Source of the DNA: Bacillota bacterium
Lineage (GTDB): Bacteria; Bacillota; Limnochordia; Darwinibacteriales; Darwinibacteriaceae
Direction: 5' to 3'
DNA: 64,000 bases
Assembly (NCBI GenBank): GCA_012838305.1
Contig: DUPN01000003.1
Coordinates: 29,335-93,334, forward strand
Made by a program: the position numbers and the translations under genes. Shown here piece after piece: positions 18,637 through 28,246 of this stretch; position 1 is the stretch's first letter, and every line of letters starts with the position of its first letter. The notes under the pieces were generated by a model. It was not told the origin of the DNA. It saw nothing but the letters and a program-made list of their open reading frames with translations, and did no database searches.

Positions 18637-20091
18637 GTGATGGCCTTGGAAATGGAAGAAATGGATCTACGAGAGTACTGGGATATTATTGTCAAGAAAC
18701 GGGGAATTGTTGCCATCGTTTTTATCGTAACGGTCCTCGCCGTCACCGTGTACAGTCTTTTGGCCACGCCCATTTATGAGGCGTTCACAACAGTAATCGT
18801 GAGGGAGTCTGGCCTTTCCATGCAGTCCATGTTTCTGGAAGGTGTGATGGGAGGCACCGGGACGGCCAATACAGCCCAGAATTACATGCAGATTATGAAG
18901 AGCAGGACTATCTTAGAACAGGTGTCCAACATATTGGGAAGCGAGGATTTGACGCCCAGGGCCTTGGAAAAGGCCATCACAGTGCAGCCCATTCAGGGCA
19001 GTGATGTGCTGAAGATCTCTATGGAGTCCCCCGAACCTGAGCTGGCGCAGCGGACTGTTAACACCCTAGCCGATGTCTTTATCAACTGGAACACCCTCTA
19101 CCAGAGAGATGATAGAAGGACGGCCAGGCTCTTTATTGAGGTCCAGCTTGAAGGGGCCGCCGAGAACCTGCGGCTGGCGGAGGAAGAACTGAAAGCGTAT
19201 AAGGAGCGGGAGAGGGTTTTTTCTCTGGCTGACGAAACGGTGGCGAAAATCGCGCAGGTGAGCCAGCTAGAGGCTAACTTGACGGAGACACAAATCGCCA
19301 TTCAAGAAGTACAGGAACGGATTGGGCAGGTACGCGCGAGCCTGGAGAGGGAGGATGAGACACTCATTTCCTCCACAACAATTGCCCAGAATACCTTTGT
19401 AACCGAGTATCGCAGACGTTTGTCCGACTTGGAGATTCGCCTGTCCAGTGCCAGAGAGAAGTACACCGATCGCCATCCCACTATTATCTCCCTGCTGGCT
19501 GAAATTGAGGATGTCAAGGCGAAGCTCGCTGAAGAGGTGCAGCGCGTGATTGGTACAGAGACGATGTCGGTGAATCCTGTGCATCGGCAATTGTACGGTA
19601 ATCTGATTGATCTGGAAGTGGAGACCATGGGCCTGCACGCCCGGGAGACCGCTCTGCTCACCCTGATCGCGGAACAGGAAAAGGAATTGGATCTTCTGCC
19701 CACCCGGGAGTTGGAACTGGCGCGCCTCATGCGCAATGCCAAGGTAATGGAAGAATTGTATCTTCTGCTGAGGACAAGGTATGAAGAGGCCCGGATCTCA
19801 GAAGTGATGCAGACCGCGGATGTGCAGGTTATTGATGATGCTATTTTGCCGGAGAATCCCGTGAAACCAAGGGTGAAGCTGAACATTGCCATCGGTATTG
19901 TGCTCGGTCTGTTCTTAGGTGTTGGACTCGCCTTCCTTTTGGAGTTCATGGACAACACCATCAATGACCAAGACGATGTGGAACGTTGGTTGGGACTGCC
20001 TGTACTGGCGCAGATTCCCGAATTGAGTGTGACGGAGGCTCGGCACAGAAAATCTGTGCGGAGGAAAAAAGGACGTGAGCTCGGTGCGTAG
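18637..20091 (+). CDS. Wzz/CapA-type polysaccharide co-polymerase (chain-length determinant), the membrane partner of the BY-kinase
   Basis: The N-terminus has a Wzz-type TM (IVAIVFIVTVLAVTVYSLL), a long coiled-coil periplasmic domain and a C-terminal TM (IAIGIVLGLFLGVGLAFLLEF). The exact start is ambiguous among GTG/ATG/TTG near 18637-18652. Confidence 0.8.
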   Translation: MMALEMEEMDLREYWDIIVKKRGIVAIVFIVTVLAVTVYSLLATPIYEAFTTVIVRESGLSMQSMFLEGVMGGTGTANTAQNYMQIMKSRTILEQVSNILGSEDLTPRALEKAITVQPIQGSDVLKISMESPEPELAQRTVNTLADVFINWNTLYQRDDRRTARLFIEVQLEGAAENLRLAEEELKAYKERERVFSLADETVAKIAQVSQLEANLTETQIAIQEVQERIGQVRASLEREDETLISSTTIAQNTFVTEYRRRLSDLEIRLSSAREKYTDRHPTIISLLAEIEDVKAKLAEEVQRVIGTETMSVNPVHRQLYGNLIDLEVETMGLHARETALLTLIAEQEKELDLLPTRELELARLMRNAKVMEELYLLLRTRYEEARISEVMQTADVQVIDDAILPENPVKPRVKLNIAIGIVLGLFLGVGLAFLLEFMDNTINDQDDVERWLGLPVLAQIPELSVTEARHRKSVRRKKGRELGA

Positions 20092-20803
20092 ACCCAAGAA
20101 ACGAAGTCGTGACCGCCATGGTCACTTGATCGTTCAAACGGATCCCAAAGCAATTGCGAGCGAGGCATTTCGCTCCCTTCGTACAAACCTGCAGTTCAGC
20201 AGCGTTGATCAGCAGCTGAAAACGATTCTGTTTACCAGTCCAGGACCGGGGGACGGCAAGTCAACTGTCGTTTCGAACCTTGCTGTGGCTTGGGCCCAGT
20301 CGGGTCAGCGGGTGGTCTTAGTAGGCTGTGATCTCAGAAAACCTGTACTGCACAGGATCTTCCCCATGAGCAACACCCCTGGTTTGACCGGTTACTTGAC
20401 TGGCCAGGCCAGCTTGGAGGAAATTATTGTGCCCAGCAGAGAGGTTTCCAGTCTAGATCTGATACCCTCAGGCCCTGTTCCGCCCAGCCCTGCGGATCTA
20501 CTGCAATCGAGGGCTATGATAGATGCCATTGCCGAGCTAAGGGAACGCTATGACCTGGTCTTATTTGATGGAACTCCTGCCGTGGCGGTAACGGATGCGG
20601 TGGTCATTGCCAATCAGGTCGATGGCACAGTCTTGGTTGTCCGTGCCAATGAAGTGCCGAGGGATGTCGCCCTCCATGCAAAGCAGGTTTTGGAGCAGGC
20701 CAATGCCAGGATTTTGGGTGTCGTTTTGAACGGGGTCAACCCGAAAGGGCAAAGCGACTATCACTATTACTATTACTATTATTACAATGCGGAGCGAGCC
20801 TAA
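20075..20803 (+). CDS. Capsular/EPS tyrosine-protein kinase (CpsD/YwqD/CapB-type BY-kinase) with a poly-tyrosine C-terminal tail
   Basis: Walker A is SPGPGDGKSTV and Walker A' is VVLVGCDLR. The C-terminal Tyr cluster is YHYYYYYYYNAERA. Confidence 0.8.
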   Translation: MSSVRRPKKRSRDRHGHLIVQTDPKAIASEAFRSLRTNLQFSSVDQQLKTILFTSPGPGDGKSTVVSNLAVAWAQSGQRVVLVGCDLRKPVLHRIFPMSNTPGLTGYLTGQASLEEIIVPSREVSSLDLIPSGPVPPSPADLLQSRAMIDAIAELRERYDLVLFDGTPAVAVTDAVVIANQVDGTVLVVRANEVPRDVALHAKQVLEQANARILGVVLNGVNPKGQSDYHYYYYYYYNAERA

Positions 20804-21570
20804 TGATTGATTTACACACCCACATCTTACCCGGCGTGGATGATGGGGCTGCTGATCTCGACATGGCTTTAGCCATGGGGCGTTCCGCCTGGGAGGCCGG
20901 GATAACAGCTATCGCTGTCACGCCGCATTTCTACGAGATTCCCTCCTGGAGCAGGGTTAAGCAGAAGGTAAAGGAGCTTCAAACGGAGTTTGCCCGGGCG
21001 CAAATTGGGGTGGAACTGGTCCCCGGCGCAGAGCTTCTGATGGATCTTGATCTTTTGGAGATGAAGAAAGAGGAGATTCCTACCTACGGGGATGCTGGAC
21101 GCTATTGCTTGGTAGAACTGCCCGCCTTGCAGATTCCCCTCTATGCTGAACAGGTCTTGTTTGCTGTCCAGACCAAGAACATCACGCCCATCATCGCCCA
21201 CCCCGAACGCTATGCTGCGGTGGTGAGCGATCCCAATTTGGTCTTGACCTGGATCGAGCAGGGGTGTTTGGTTCAAATGAATTCTGGAAGTATATTGGGT
21301 CGTTTTGGCCCAGCCATTCAGCACACGGCGAAAATCCTCCTAAGACAGGGTATGGTCCAAGTGGTGGCCAGCGATGGTCATGGCAGCGACCGTCGGCGGC
21401 TGAACCTGGGGGAAGCCTTTGATGCCTTGGCCGCTCTTCTGGGACCTATCAAAGCCCGCGACCTTGTGGAGACGAATCCTCGCCGTATTTTGGATGGTGA
21501 TTTTGAGTTGAAGGAAGAACCGCTGGAGTATCGCAGGAAAAGGCGGTTTTTCTTTTCCCGCTTTGCATAG
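20803..21570 (+). CDS. PHP-family protein-tyrosine phosphatase (CpsB/YwqE)
   Basis: It has the motif MIDLHTHILPGVDDGA and a PHP-domain histidine pattern (HPERY, SDGHG). Its start overlaps the kinase stop codon. Confidence 0.85.
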   Translation: MIDLHTHILPGVDDGAADLDMALAMGRSAWEAGITAIAVTPHFYEIPSWSRVKQKVKELQTEFARAQIGVELVPGAELLMDLDLLEMKKEEIPTYGDAGRYCLVELPALQIPLYAEQVLFAVQTKNITPIIAHPERYAAVVSDPNLVLTWIEQGCLVQMNSGSILGRFGPAIQHTAKILLRQGMVQVVASDGHGSDRRRLNLGEAFDALAALLGPIKARDLVETNPRRILDGDFELKEEPLEYRRKRRFFFSRFA

Positions 21571-21606
21571 AACTAGAGTAGACGCACCCTATCGGAAGGG
21601 GAAACA

Positions 21607-22059
21607 ATGTTGATCCAATGGGCCATTGTGGCAGTTTATGTTATAGCCATGTTTTTGTTTGCAGGCCAAGAGGCTTCTAGTGCAGGTTTTTCAAGCACAT
21701 TACTGCAAAGGCTGTGGCCTCACTTAACCAGGTCCGAGCTTAGGCACTGGGTTTTGGTACTGCGAAAAGCCGGTCACTTCCTGGCCTATGCCGTCTTAAC
21801 TCTGCTAGTATACTATGCGGCTCGCAGGACCAAGAAGCTGCAGCGCGCTGCGCTGCCAATTGCGGCCGCGTTTGCCTTCCTTGTGGCCATAGCCGATGAG
21901 AACTACCAAAGCCGTCTGCACTATCGTACCGGGACCTGGCAGGACGTACTCATCGATGGTCTGGGGATCGCTTTGACGGTCTTGGGTGTTTTTGTATGTG
22001 CAAGGATCAGGAAGAAGCGTAAGGAGGTCGCCAAAGAGGATGTTGAGAACGAATATTGA
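21607..22059 (+). CDS. VanZ-like family membrane protein
   Basis: 150 aa with four TMs and the VanZ motif RKAGHFLAYAVLTLL. Confidence 0.55.
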   Translation: MLIQWAIVAVYVIAMFLFAGQEASSAGFSSTLLQRLWPHLTRSELRHWVLVLRKAGHFLAYAVLTLLVYYAARRTKKLQRAALPIAAAFAFLVAIADENYQSRLHYRTGTWQDVLIDGLGIALTVLGVFVCARIRKKRKEVAKEDVENEY

Positions 22060-22921
22060 CACTCTGGTCAAGCTGTCGGTGCAGGGGCAAATTACACCAC
22101 CTCTCATGAGGGGTCCCTACAGAGTCAGCCGGGAAGGGGTACCCTTTGTTCTACCGGGAACTGGGGGGATTAGCTACAATGTGAAGGTGGGTCATTTGGC
22201 CTTTGGCTGGAGCGGAGATCATGTGGAACCTGGTGTATCCACCGCCGCCACCATTGATGACCGCGGCAGCGCCAAGAACACCGCGTATAATACCCTAGCA
22301 TGCGTGGGCAATGAGGCCGTCGTTATCTCTGGTGATGCCAAGGGGGCCAAAGGCGTCGTCACAGGCATGCACGGGGGAATTGAACACGTCCTAATTGATT
22401 TTGCCCAAGAGGATCTCGAGAAGATGGTCATTGAGGACAAAATCTTGATCAAGTCCTTTGGACAGGGATTGGAATTGTTGGACTACCCGGGGATTACAGT
22501 TCGGAACCTAGACCCGCAACTTTTGGAGCGTCTAGGGGTAAAGGAAGACCATGGTCAGCTGGTGGTACCGGTGGCGGGAAGAATCCCGGCCAAACTCATG
22601 GGTTCTGGAATTGGCAGTCCATCGAGCGCTTCAGGGGATTATGACATTACCACCACAGACCAAGAGGAGATTAAGGCCCTTGGCCTTGATCAACTGCGGT
22701 TTGGTGATTTCGTGGCCTTGGAGGACTGCGACAATCGTTTTGGCCGCAGCTACCGGCGGGGGGCCGTCTCCGTTGGCATAGTGGTCCATTCCGATTGCCT
22801 GCTGGCCGGTCATGGACCCGGAGTGACCACCTTGTTTACAGCCATTGACGGCAGCCTCGCAGTGCGGATCGATCCCGAGGCCAACCTGGCGCGTCTTTTG
22901 GGCATCGGTTCCTATCGCTAA
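22040..22921 (+). CDS. Conserved hypothetical protein, possibly DUF4438-like
   Basis: The ATG at 22040 has an AAGGAGG RBS and overlaps the end of the VanZ-like gene by 20 nt. The product is a Gly-rich globular protein of 293 aa. The family call is tentative. Confidence 0.35.
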   Translation: MLRTNIDTLVKLSVQGQITPPLMRGPYRVSREGVPFVLPGTGGISYNVKVGHLAFGWSGDHVEPGVSTAATIDDRGSAKNTAYNTLACVGNEAVVISGDAKGAKGVVTGMHGGIEHVLIDFAQEDLEKMVIEDKILIKSFGQGLELLDYPGITVRNLDPQLLERLGVKEDHGQLVVPVAGRIPAKLMGSGIGSPSSASGDYDITTTDQEEIKALGLDQLRFGDFVALEDCDNRFGRSYRRGAVSVGIVVHSDCLLAGHGPGVTTLFTAIDGSLAVRIDPEANLARLLGIGSYR

Positions 22922-22925
22922 AGGA

Positions 22926-24113
22926 TCACCCTTTACGGTTCACCTCAAGGAGTTCGGTCTTCTCCAGGGCTTCTTGGACGAGTCCCTCTAGATCGAGTTC
23001 CGCTTCAGCCGCTAAGACCTGCTCCAAACGGGGCCTGGTGGCGGGGTTTTTCGGGACGAACACCGTGCAGCAATCATCATAGGGCAGGATTGAGGTCTCG
23101 TAAGTGCCAATTTTCATGGCCAGATTGATGATCTCCTGTTTGTCCAGGCCAATTAGGGGCCTGTAGATCGGTTCTGAGGTGACAGCGTTGATCACATGGA
23201 TGCTTTCCATGGTCTGGCTGGCCACTTGTCCCAGGCTGTCACCGGTAATCAGGGCTAGGGCCTTTTCCCGCTGGGCCAACTTGGCCGCGATACGCAGCAT
23301 AAAGCGGCGCATCAGGGTGATGGAGAGGGTGGGGAAGGAGCTTTTCTGGAGAGCCTTTTGGATTTCTGTGAAATAGGCGATCCAGAGCCTTAAGGAACCC
23401 CTGGCATTGTAGGGGGCTAGGAGGGCGGCCAGTTCCACAACCTTCTCTTTCGAACGTTCCGAGGTAAAGGGGTAGGAGTAGAAGTGCAAACCTTCGATTC
23501 TTACCCCTCGTTTCATTGCTAAAAAGCCTGCAACAGGACTGTCGATGCCCCCGGACAGCAGCAAAAGACCCTTTCCAGAGGAGCCCGCGGGCAGACCTCC
23601 TAAGCATGGAATAATCTTGGAGTACAAAAAGGCTCCCTCTTTGCGGAGCTCTACGTGCAGAATCAAATCGGGGTTATGCACGTCTACCGTAAGATGGGGG
23701 AAGTTTCTGAGGATATGATCACCTAGGGCATGAGATATCTCGGGCGAGGTTAAGGGAAATGCTTTATTGGGGCGCCGGGTCTCAACTTTAAAGGTGCTGC
23801 CTTGGGAATCCTGGATGACGAGGGAAGCACCCTCCTGTATCGCCTCGAGATCTAAGTCTCGCCTCAAAACCGGTGAGACCGAGACGATGCCAAACACGCT
23901 CTGCAGTCTTGCGACCAGCTCCTCCCAATTGCCCCTGGTTTCCAGGTAGATACGGCCAAATGTCTTGGTAACCGGGCCGTGGGGAACGCCCATTAGGCGA
24001 GAGCGAATATTCGTGAGCAAGAGATCTTCGAAGGTTTTGCGATTCCGTCCTTTCAGACTGAGTTCGCCATATCGGATTAAGAGCAAGGGGTACATAGGCA
24101 TCTCCTTAGACAT
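22926..24113 (-). CDS. thiI: tRNA 4-thiouridine(8) synthase ThiI
   Basis: It has an N-terminal THUMP-like region (LLLIRYGELSLKGRNR) and the PP-loop motif SGGIDSPVA. The 395 aa length fits ThiI. Confidence 0.85.
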   Translation of the reverse strand: MSKEMPMYPLLLIRYGELSLKGRNRKTFEDLLLTNIRSRLMGVPHGPVTKTFGRIYLETRGNWEELVARLQSVFGIVSVSPVLRRDLDLEAIQEGASLVIQDSQGSTFKVETRRPNKAFPLTSPEISHALGDHILRNFPHLTVDVHNPDLILHVELRKEGAFLYSKIIPCLGGLPAGSSGKGLLLLSGGIDSPVAGFLAMKRGVRIEGLHFYSYPFTSERSKEKVVELAALLAPYNARGSLRLWIAYFTEIQKALQKSSFPTLSITLMRRFMLRIAAKLAQREKALALITGDSLGQVASQTMESIHVINAVTSEPIYRPLIGLDKQEIINLAMKIGTYETSILPYDDCCTVFVPKNPATRPRLEQVLAAEAELDLEGLVQEALEKTELLEVNRKG

Positions 24114-25275
24114 AGATGTTGCGAATTTCTTCCACCGTTTCCTTTAGACTATAAACGACATAGCGAATCTGGTCAAGGGTCAGGCTGGGAGCCAGGCTGA
24201 ACCGAATAGCCGAATGAATGGCCTCGGATTCGAGCCCGATGGACTCCAGGACATGGGATACGCCTTTTTTCTTTGATGAACAGGCAGCCCCCATGGCCAC
24301 GAAAATGCGCTTCTGCTCAAGAAAGTGCACCAACACTTCGCCGCGCAGCCCTGGAAAACTGGCATTCAGCAGATGAGGAGCACCGTCGCCCGGGCTGTTG
24401 ATGCCGGCATCGGGGATCGTTTCAATGCCGCCGATCAGTTCCTGGCGCAGGGCGTAGAGCTGTTTTCGATTTGTGTCCAGGTTTTCTACGGCCAATTGGA
24501 TGGCCTTAGTGAGCCCTACGATGGCGGGGATGTTTTCTGTCCCCGGTCTCAAACCGCCTTCTTGGTTCCCACCGAAGAGGATGGGCCGCAGTTGAGCCTG
24601 CTGGTGAGCGTAGAGGAGCCCGATGCCCTTCGGTCCGAACACTTTGTGTCCGCTGAAGGTGCACAAATGGACCTTGCCGCCAGAGATATCCAGGGGCACA
24701 TGGCCTAAGGCCTGGACAGCGTCGACGTGATAGATGATCTTGTGCTGCCTTGCGGCATTGGCCTTCTCGATGATACGGCCAATCTCGCTGATGGGTGCGA
24801 TCGTGCCCAGTTCATTGTTGACCAGCATGGTGCTGACAATCTTCGTGTCAGGCTGTAAGAGCTCCGCCACTTCCTGGGGCTCAACCCGGCCGAAGCCGTC
24901 AACCTTCAGGTAGCTGACAGACCACCCCAGCTCCTCGAGGTGTTTGATCACATTCAAAACGGAGGGATGTTCGATAGGTGTGGTGATGATGTGCCCTGGA
25001 TTGCGCCGGAAATAGGGGATGTTGGCCACGCCTTGCAGTGCTAGGTTGTTGGCCTCTGTCCCGCTCCCGGTGAAAAATAGGCGCGCCGGATTGACCTTGA
25101 GGATCGATCCCAGTTGGCTCCGGCAGGCGTTCATGGTCTTTTCGGCCGCAACTCCTCGCAGGTGAGGCGAGGAGGGGTTCCCGTATTGGATGGACCAATA
25201 CGGTTCCATGGCCTGCATCACCTCGTCCGATGCTGGAGTCGTGGCACTGTTGTCTAGATAGATCTCGTTACGCAT
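24106..25275 (-). CDS. iscS: Cysteine desulfurase (IscS/NifS family)
   Basis: Class-V aminotransferase motifs are present: YLDNSATTP, HVDAVQALGH, and the PLP-lysine context SGHKVFGPKGIG. The probable start is MRNEIY, preceded by an AAGGAGG RBS. It overlaps thiI by 8 nt, as in the nifZ-thiI operon. Confidence 0.85.
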   Translation of the reverse strand: MRNEIYLDNSATTPASDEVMQAMEPYWSIQYGNPSSPHLRGVAAEKTMNACRSQLGSILKVNPARLFFTGSGTEANNLALQGVANIPYFRRNPGHIITTPIEHPSVLNVIKHLEELGWSVSYLKVDGFGRVEPQEVAELLQPDTKIVSTMLVNNELGTIAPISEIGRIIEKANAARQHKIIYHVDAVQALGHVPLDISGGKVHLCTFSGHKVFGPKGIGLLYAHQQAQLRPILFGGNQEGGLRPGTENIPAIVGLTKAIQLAVENLDTNRKQLYALRQELIGGIETIPDAGINSPGDGAPHLLNASFPGLRGEVLVHFLEQKRIFVAMGAACSSKKKGVSHVLESIGLESEAIHSAIRFSLAPSLTLDQIRYVVYSLKETVEEIRNIYV

Positions 25276-25496
25276 AGGCGTACCTCCTTGAGCCATGCAA
25301 AAGCACGACGTAGCGTATTTCGAGGCAAGATGCCCTTATTCCTGCTTGTCAGAATTTACTGTTTCCATAATTTGTATACCTGCCAGCTCTAGAATGTTTT
25401 GGCATAAGTGGGGGCTGTTGGTAGGGAAATCAGGCTTTCTGGCGAAATAAGGATAAGCATGAAATTCCAGAAAGACAGTGAAACGGAGGAAGAAGA

Positions 25497-26204
25497 GTGA
25501 AACGCAAACTAAGTTTATTGGTGCTGATCGCCTTGCTCCTGGTCGGTTGTGCCAGTTATGAGAGGGAGCAGTTGCCTCCGAAGGTGACCGTTGGTGGTGG
25601 AAATACCGTTGCTGTCATATTCTTTGATAACTTCACCGACGATTATTCCCTTAGCTATGAAGTGGAACAGAGAATCCTGCAGACCCTGTCGGAGTACTAC
25701 CGCGTGGTGGACCCGTCCGAAACGGAGTGGGCCCTAGTGCGTCTAGGCCTCTTACGGGGACAGTCTCCCAATCGGGATCAGGCGGTCCGCCTTGGTCAAA
25801 TGCTGGGTGTGGACGCCTTGGTTATGGGTGAGGTGTCAGCCTATTTTGCCCCCGTTACCCAGACCGAGCCCTATATGAGCAGACAAAGAGCGGTAGGCGA
25901 TAAGACGGAATTTGAGTGGGAAGTAGCCCAAAATACCAGAGTTATGGTTAGTTTCACCGGTCGAGTGATGGAAACGAGATCGGGCAATGTGATTCACCGT
26001 GTTCGGGCAGAAGGAGAAAGCTATGTGGATACGAAAAAGGCTATTGGTTGGTTCCGCCAAGGCGAGAAGCCTGGCTTTTGGAACATCCCTTCGCCCCACA
26101 AAAACGACATTCCCGGTGTTAGGCAAAGCGCTGTGCGCAAGGCTGTCAGCCAGTTCACCGAGGATTTGATGCCGACCTACCGGTGGGTAAAGGTAGACGA
26201 CTAA
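25497..26204 (+). CDS. Putative lipoprotein of unknown function
   Basis: The signal peptide carries a lipobox (LLLVGC|AS). The 235 aa product is globular and has no recognisable catalytic motif. Confidence 0.4.
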   Translation: MKRKLSLLVLIALLLVGCASYEREQLPPKVTVGGGNTVAVIFFDNFTDDYSLSYEVEQRILQTLSEYYRVVDPSETEWALVRLGLLRGQSPNRDQAVRLGQMLGVDALVMGEVSAYFAPVTQTEPYMSRQRAVGDKTEFEWEVAQNTRVMVSFTGRVMETRSGNVIHRVRAEGESYVDTKKAIGWFRQGEKPGFWNIPSPHKNDIPGVRQSAVRKAVSQFTEDLMPTYRWVKVDD

Positions 26205-26265
26205 GTACCAGCTGAACCAGGGGTTCTTGACGGCTCCGAAGCAAAGTGCTACACTTAACCCAATT

Positions 26266-26392
26266 GAATAGGCTCATCAAGAGTGGCGGAGGGACTGGCC
26301 CAATGAAGCCCGGCAACCAGTGGAATGCTTTTTCACCAGGTGCTAATTCCTGCAAAGCTACTGTTCGGTAGTTTTGGCCGATGAGGGTGGAT
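26266..26392 (+). promoter_or_regulatory. SAM-I (S-box) riboswitch aptamer upstream of metK
   Basis: CTCATCAAGAGTGGCGGAGGGACTGGCCCAATGAAGCCCGGCAACC ... GGTGCTAATTCCTGCAAAG ... GATGAG (the P1 3' strand) matches the S-box consensus. Confidence 0.8.
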
Positions 26393-26403
26393 AGTTGGAT
26401 GAT

Positions 26404-26438
26404 AAATCCTCTCTCGCAAGGGAGAGGATTTACGTTTG
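26404..26438 (+). terminator. Riboswitch expression-platform terminator hairpin
   Basis: The stem is AAATCCTCTCTC-GCAA-GGGAGAGGATTT, followed by ACGTTTGG, and it sits immediately upstream of the metK RBS. Confidence 0.55.
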
Positions 26439-26453
26439 GAAAGGATGAGAAGG

Positions 26454-27635
26454 ATGGCGGCAACAAAGTATCTATTTACATCAGAATCTGTAACGGAGGG
26501 TCACCCTGACAAAGTGTGTGACCAGATTTCCGATGCTATTTTGGACGCAATACTGGCACAAGATCCCACAGCCCGAGTGGCCTGTGAGACGGCAATCTCC
26601 ACGGGATTGGTCCTGATTTTGGGGGAAATCAGCACCGACTGTTATGTGGAAATCCCGCGCCTTGTGCGCGATGTGGTGCGGGATGTGGGATATGACCGGG
26701 CTAAATACGGCTTTGACGCGGACACCTGCGCAGTGCTGACATCCATTCAAGAGCAGTCACCTGATATTGCCCTGGGCGTAAATGAAGCCCTCGAGCGGAG
26801 GTCAGGGGACTCGGACTTTGACTCTACGATGGGCGCAGGGGATCAGGGCATTGTCTTTGGTTATGCCACAGATGAGACGCCTGAGTACATGCCCATGCCC
26901 ATAGCTTTAGCCCATAAGCTGGCGAAACGTTTAGCTGATGTTCGAAAAAGCGGTCTGATTCCCTACCTAAGACCAGACGGCAAGACCCAGGTGACCATTT
27001 GTTACGATGAAGATCATCGTCCCGTCGCGGTGGACAATATCATCGTCTCGGCACAGCATCATCCCGAAGCGGATCAAGCCACCATCTATCAGGATGTGCG
27101 CCAACATGTGATTGAGCCGATTGTTCCGAAGCAGTTGTGGACAGACCAGACCAAGGTCTTGGTGAACCCCACAGGCCGTTTCGTGGTGGGGGGCCCCTTG
27201 GGTGATGCGGGGCTCACGGGCCGTAAGATTATTGTTGATAGCTATGGTGGAGTTGGTCGGCATGGCGGAGGAGCCTTTTCAGGAAAAGATCCGTCGAAGG
27301 TGGATCGCTCAGCATCGTATGCCGCCCGTCATGCGGCCAAGAATGTTGTGGCCGCGGGCCTTGCTAAAAGGGCGGAGGTGCAGGTGGCCTATGCTATAGG
27401 AGTAGCCAAGCCGGTATCGCTCTTTGTTGATACCTTCGGAACTGGGGTGATCCCCGATCGGCAGATCGAAGAGCTGCTGCGCACACACTTTGATCTTCGC
27501 CCCAGAGCGATCATTCGCAACCTGGATCTGGAGCGTCCTATCTACCGGCAGGTGGCAGCGTATGGGCATTTTGGGCGACTGGATCTGGATTTGCCTTGGG
27601 AAAGGCTGGACAAGGTGAAAGAGCTCCGGGGTTAG
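26454..27635 (+). CDS. metK: S-adenosylmethionine synthetase MetK
   Basis: It begins [27 protein letters not shown] and contains [12 protein letters not shown] and [16 protein letters not shown]. The preferred start is ATG at 26454 after AAGGA; the listed ORF begins at TTG 26436. Confidence 0.9.
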   Translation: MAATKYLFTSESVTEGHPDKVCDQISDAILDAILAQDPTARVACETAISTGLVLILGEISTDCYVEIPRLVRDVVRDVGYDRAKYGFDADTCAVLTSIQEQSPDIALGVNEALERRSGDSDFDSTMGAGDQGIVFGYATDETPEYMPMPIALAHKLAKRLADVRKSGLIPYLRPDGKTQVTICYDEDHRPVAVDNIIVSAQHHPEADQATIYQDVRQHVIEPIVPKQLWTDQTKVLVNPTGRFVVGGPLGDAGLTGRKIIVDSYGGVGRHGGGAFSGKDPSKVDRSASYAARHAAKNVVAAGLAKRAEVQVAYAIGVAKPVSLFVDTFGTGVIPDRQIEELLRTHFDLRPRAIIRNLDLERPIYRQVAAYGHFGRLDLDLPWERLDKVKELRG

Positions 27636-27643
27636 CTTTGTAA

Positions 27644-27681
27644 GGGTTGGTGTATGCTGATGCACCAACCCCCTTTTTTTT
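27644..27681 (+). terminator. Rho-independent terminator of metK
   Basis: The stem is GGGTTGGTG-(loop)-CACCAACCC, followed by CCTTTTTTTT. Confidence 0.6.
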
Positions 27682-27724
27682 GCTAAGAGAAATCAGAAAA
27701 AAGGGAATAACAGAAAAGATGCAA

Positions 27725-27753
27725 TTGACAGATACAGATCTGCAGTATATAAT
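27725..27753 (+). promoter_or_regulatory. Consensus sigma-70/sigma-A promoter (TTGACA-17 bp-TATAAT) for the 27787-31001 operon
   Basis: It is a perfect TTGACA at 27725-27730, a 17-bp spacer, then TATAAT at 27748-27753. It lies about 34 nt upstream of the ATG at 27787, which has an AAGGAGG RBS. Confidence 0.55.
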
Positions 27754-27786
27754 CGACGTAGGGTCTATCCTCGCAAGGAGGAAATC

Positions 27787-28246
27787 AATGCTTAAGAAGA
27801 AGCTGTTGGCAGGATTGTTCTGCCTCGCTGTGCTTTTGGTTTGGGTCGGAGGGATCCAGGCTTCAGGACTGGTTACGTTTAGAGTTGAGGTCATTTCGGG
27901 GATGACAATCTCCAGCCCGAGTGAGCTGGTCTTTTCATCGGTGGTTCCAGGCATACCAGCGGAAAAGGACTTGGAGATCATCGTATGGTCGAATGTGGAG
28001 TGGGAGTTGAAGGGAAAGGCTGTTGACGACGGTCTAGGTGGTCTTGAGGGATTGATAGAAGCACAAGATTCACATGGAACATGGTATGATCTAGCCGCGG
28101 ATGAATGGATTCTTCGACGGGCAGAATCACCCACGGGAGAGGATGGACTGACGCTGGACATCCCATTCCGTTTCACCGCCAGTTATTCCGATGCTCCTGC
28201 GAATTATCAGTTTGAGATTGAGTTGACTGTGGTACCGGCGATATGA
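27787..28246 (+). CDS. Small secreted beta-rich protein, pilin-like (candidate fibre subunit)
   Basis: The signal peptide is MLKKKLLAGLFCLAVLLVWVGGIQA. The mature N-terminus has alternating hydrophobics (SGLVTFRVEVISGMTIS) and the C-terminus is an alternating strand (NYQFEIELTVVPAI). The mature protein is 128 aa. Confidence 0.4.

Noticed and set aside
19302-20186. 294-aa minus-strand ORF, Ser/Arg-rich, antisense to wzz
   Set aside because: It overlaps a well-supported plus-strand gene entirely. It has low-complexity composition and no RBS. Spurious antisense ORFs are typical of GC-rich DNA. The same applies to the many other 60-150 aa antisense ORFs in the track, for example 1061-1333, 5370-5819, 11119-11592, 55080-55877 and 60977-61612.
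20762-20800. TAT/TAC repeat that could be taken for a simple-sequence or CRISPR-like repeat
   Set aside because: It is an in-frame poly-tyrosine tail of the BY-kinase, not an array. No spacer and repeat periodicity is present anywhere in the window.
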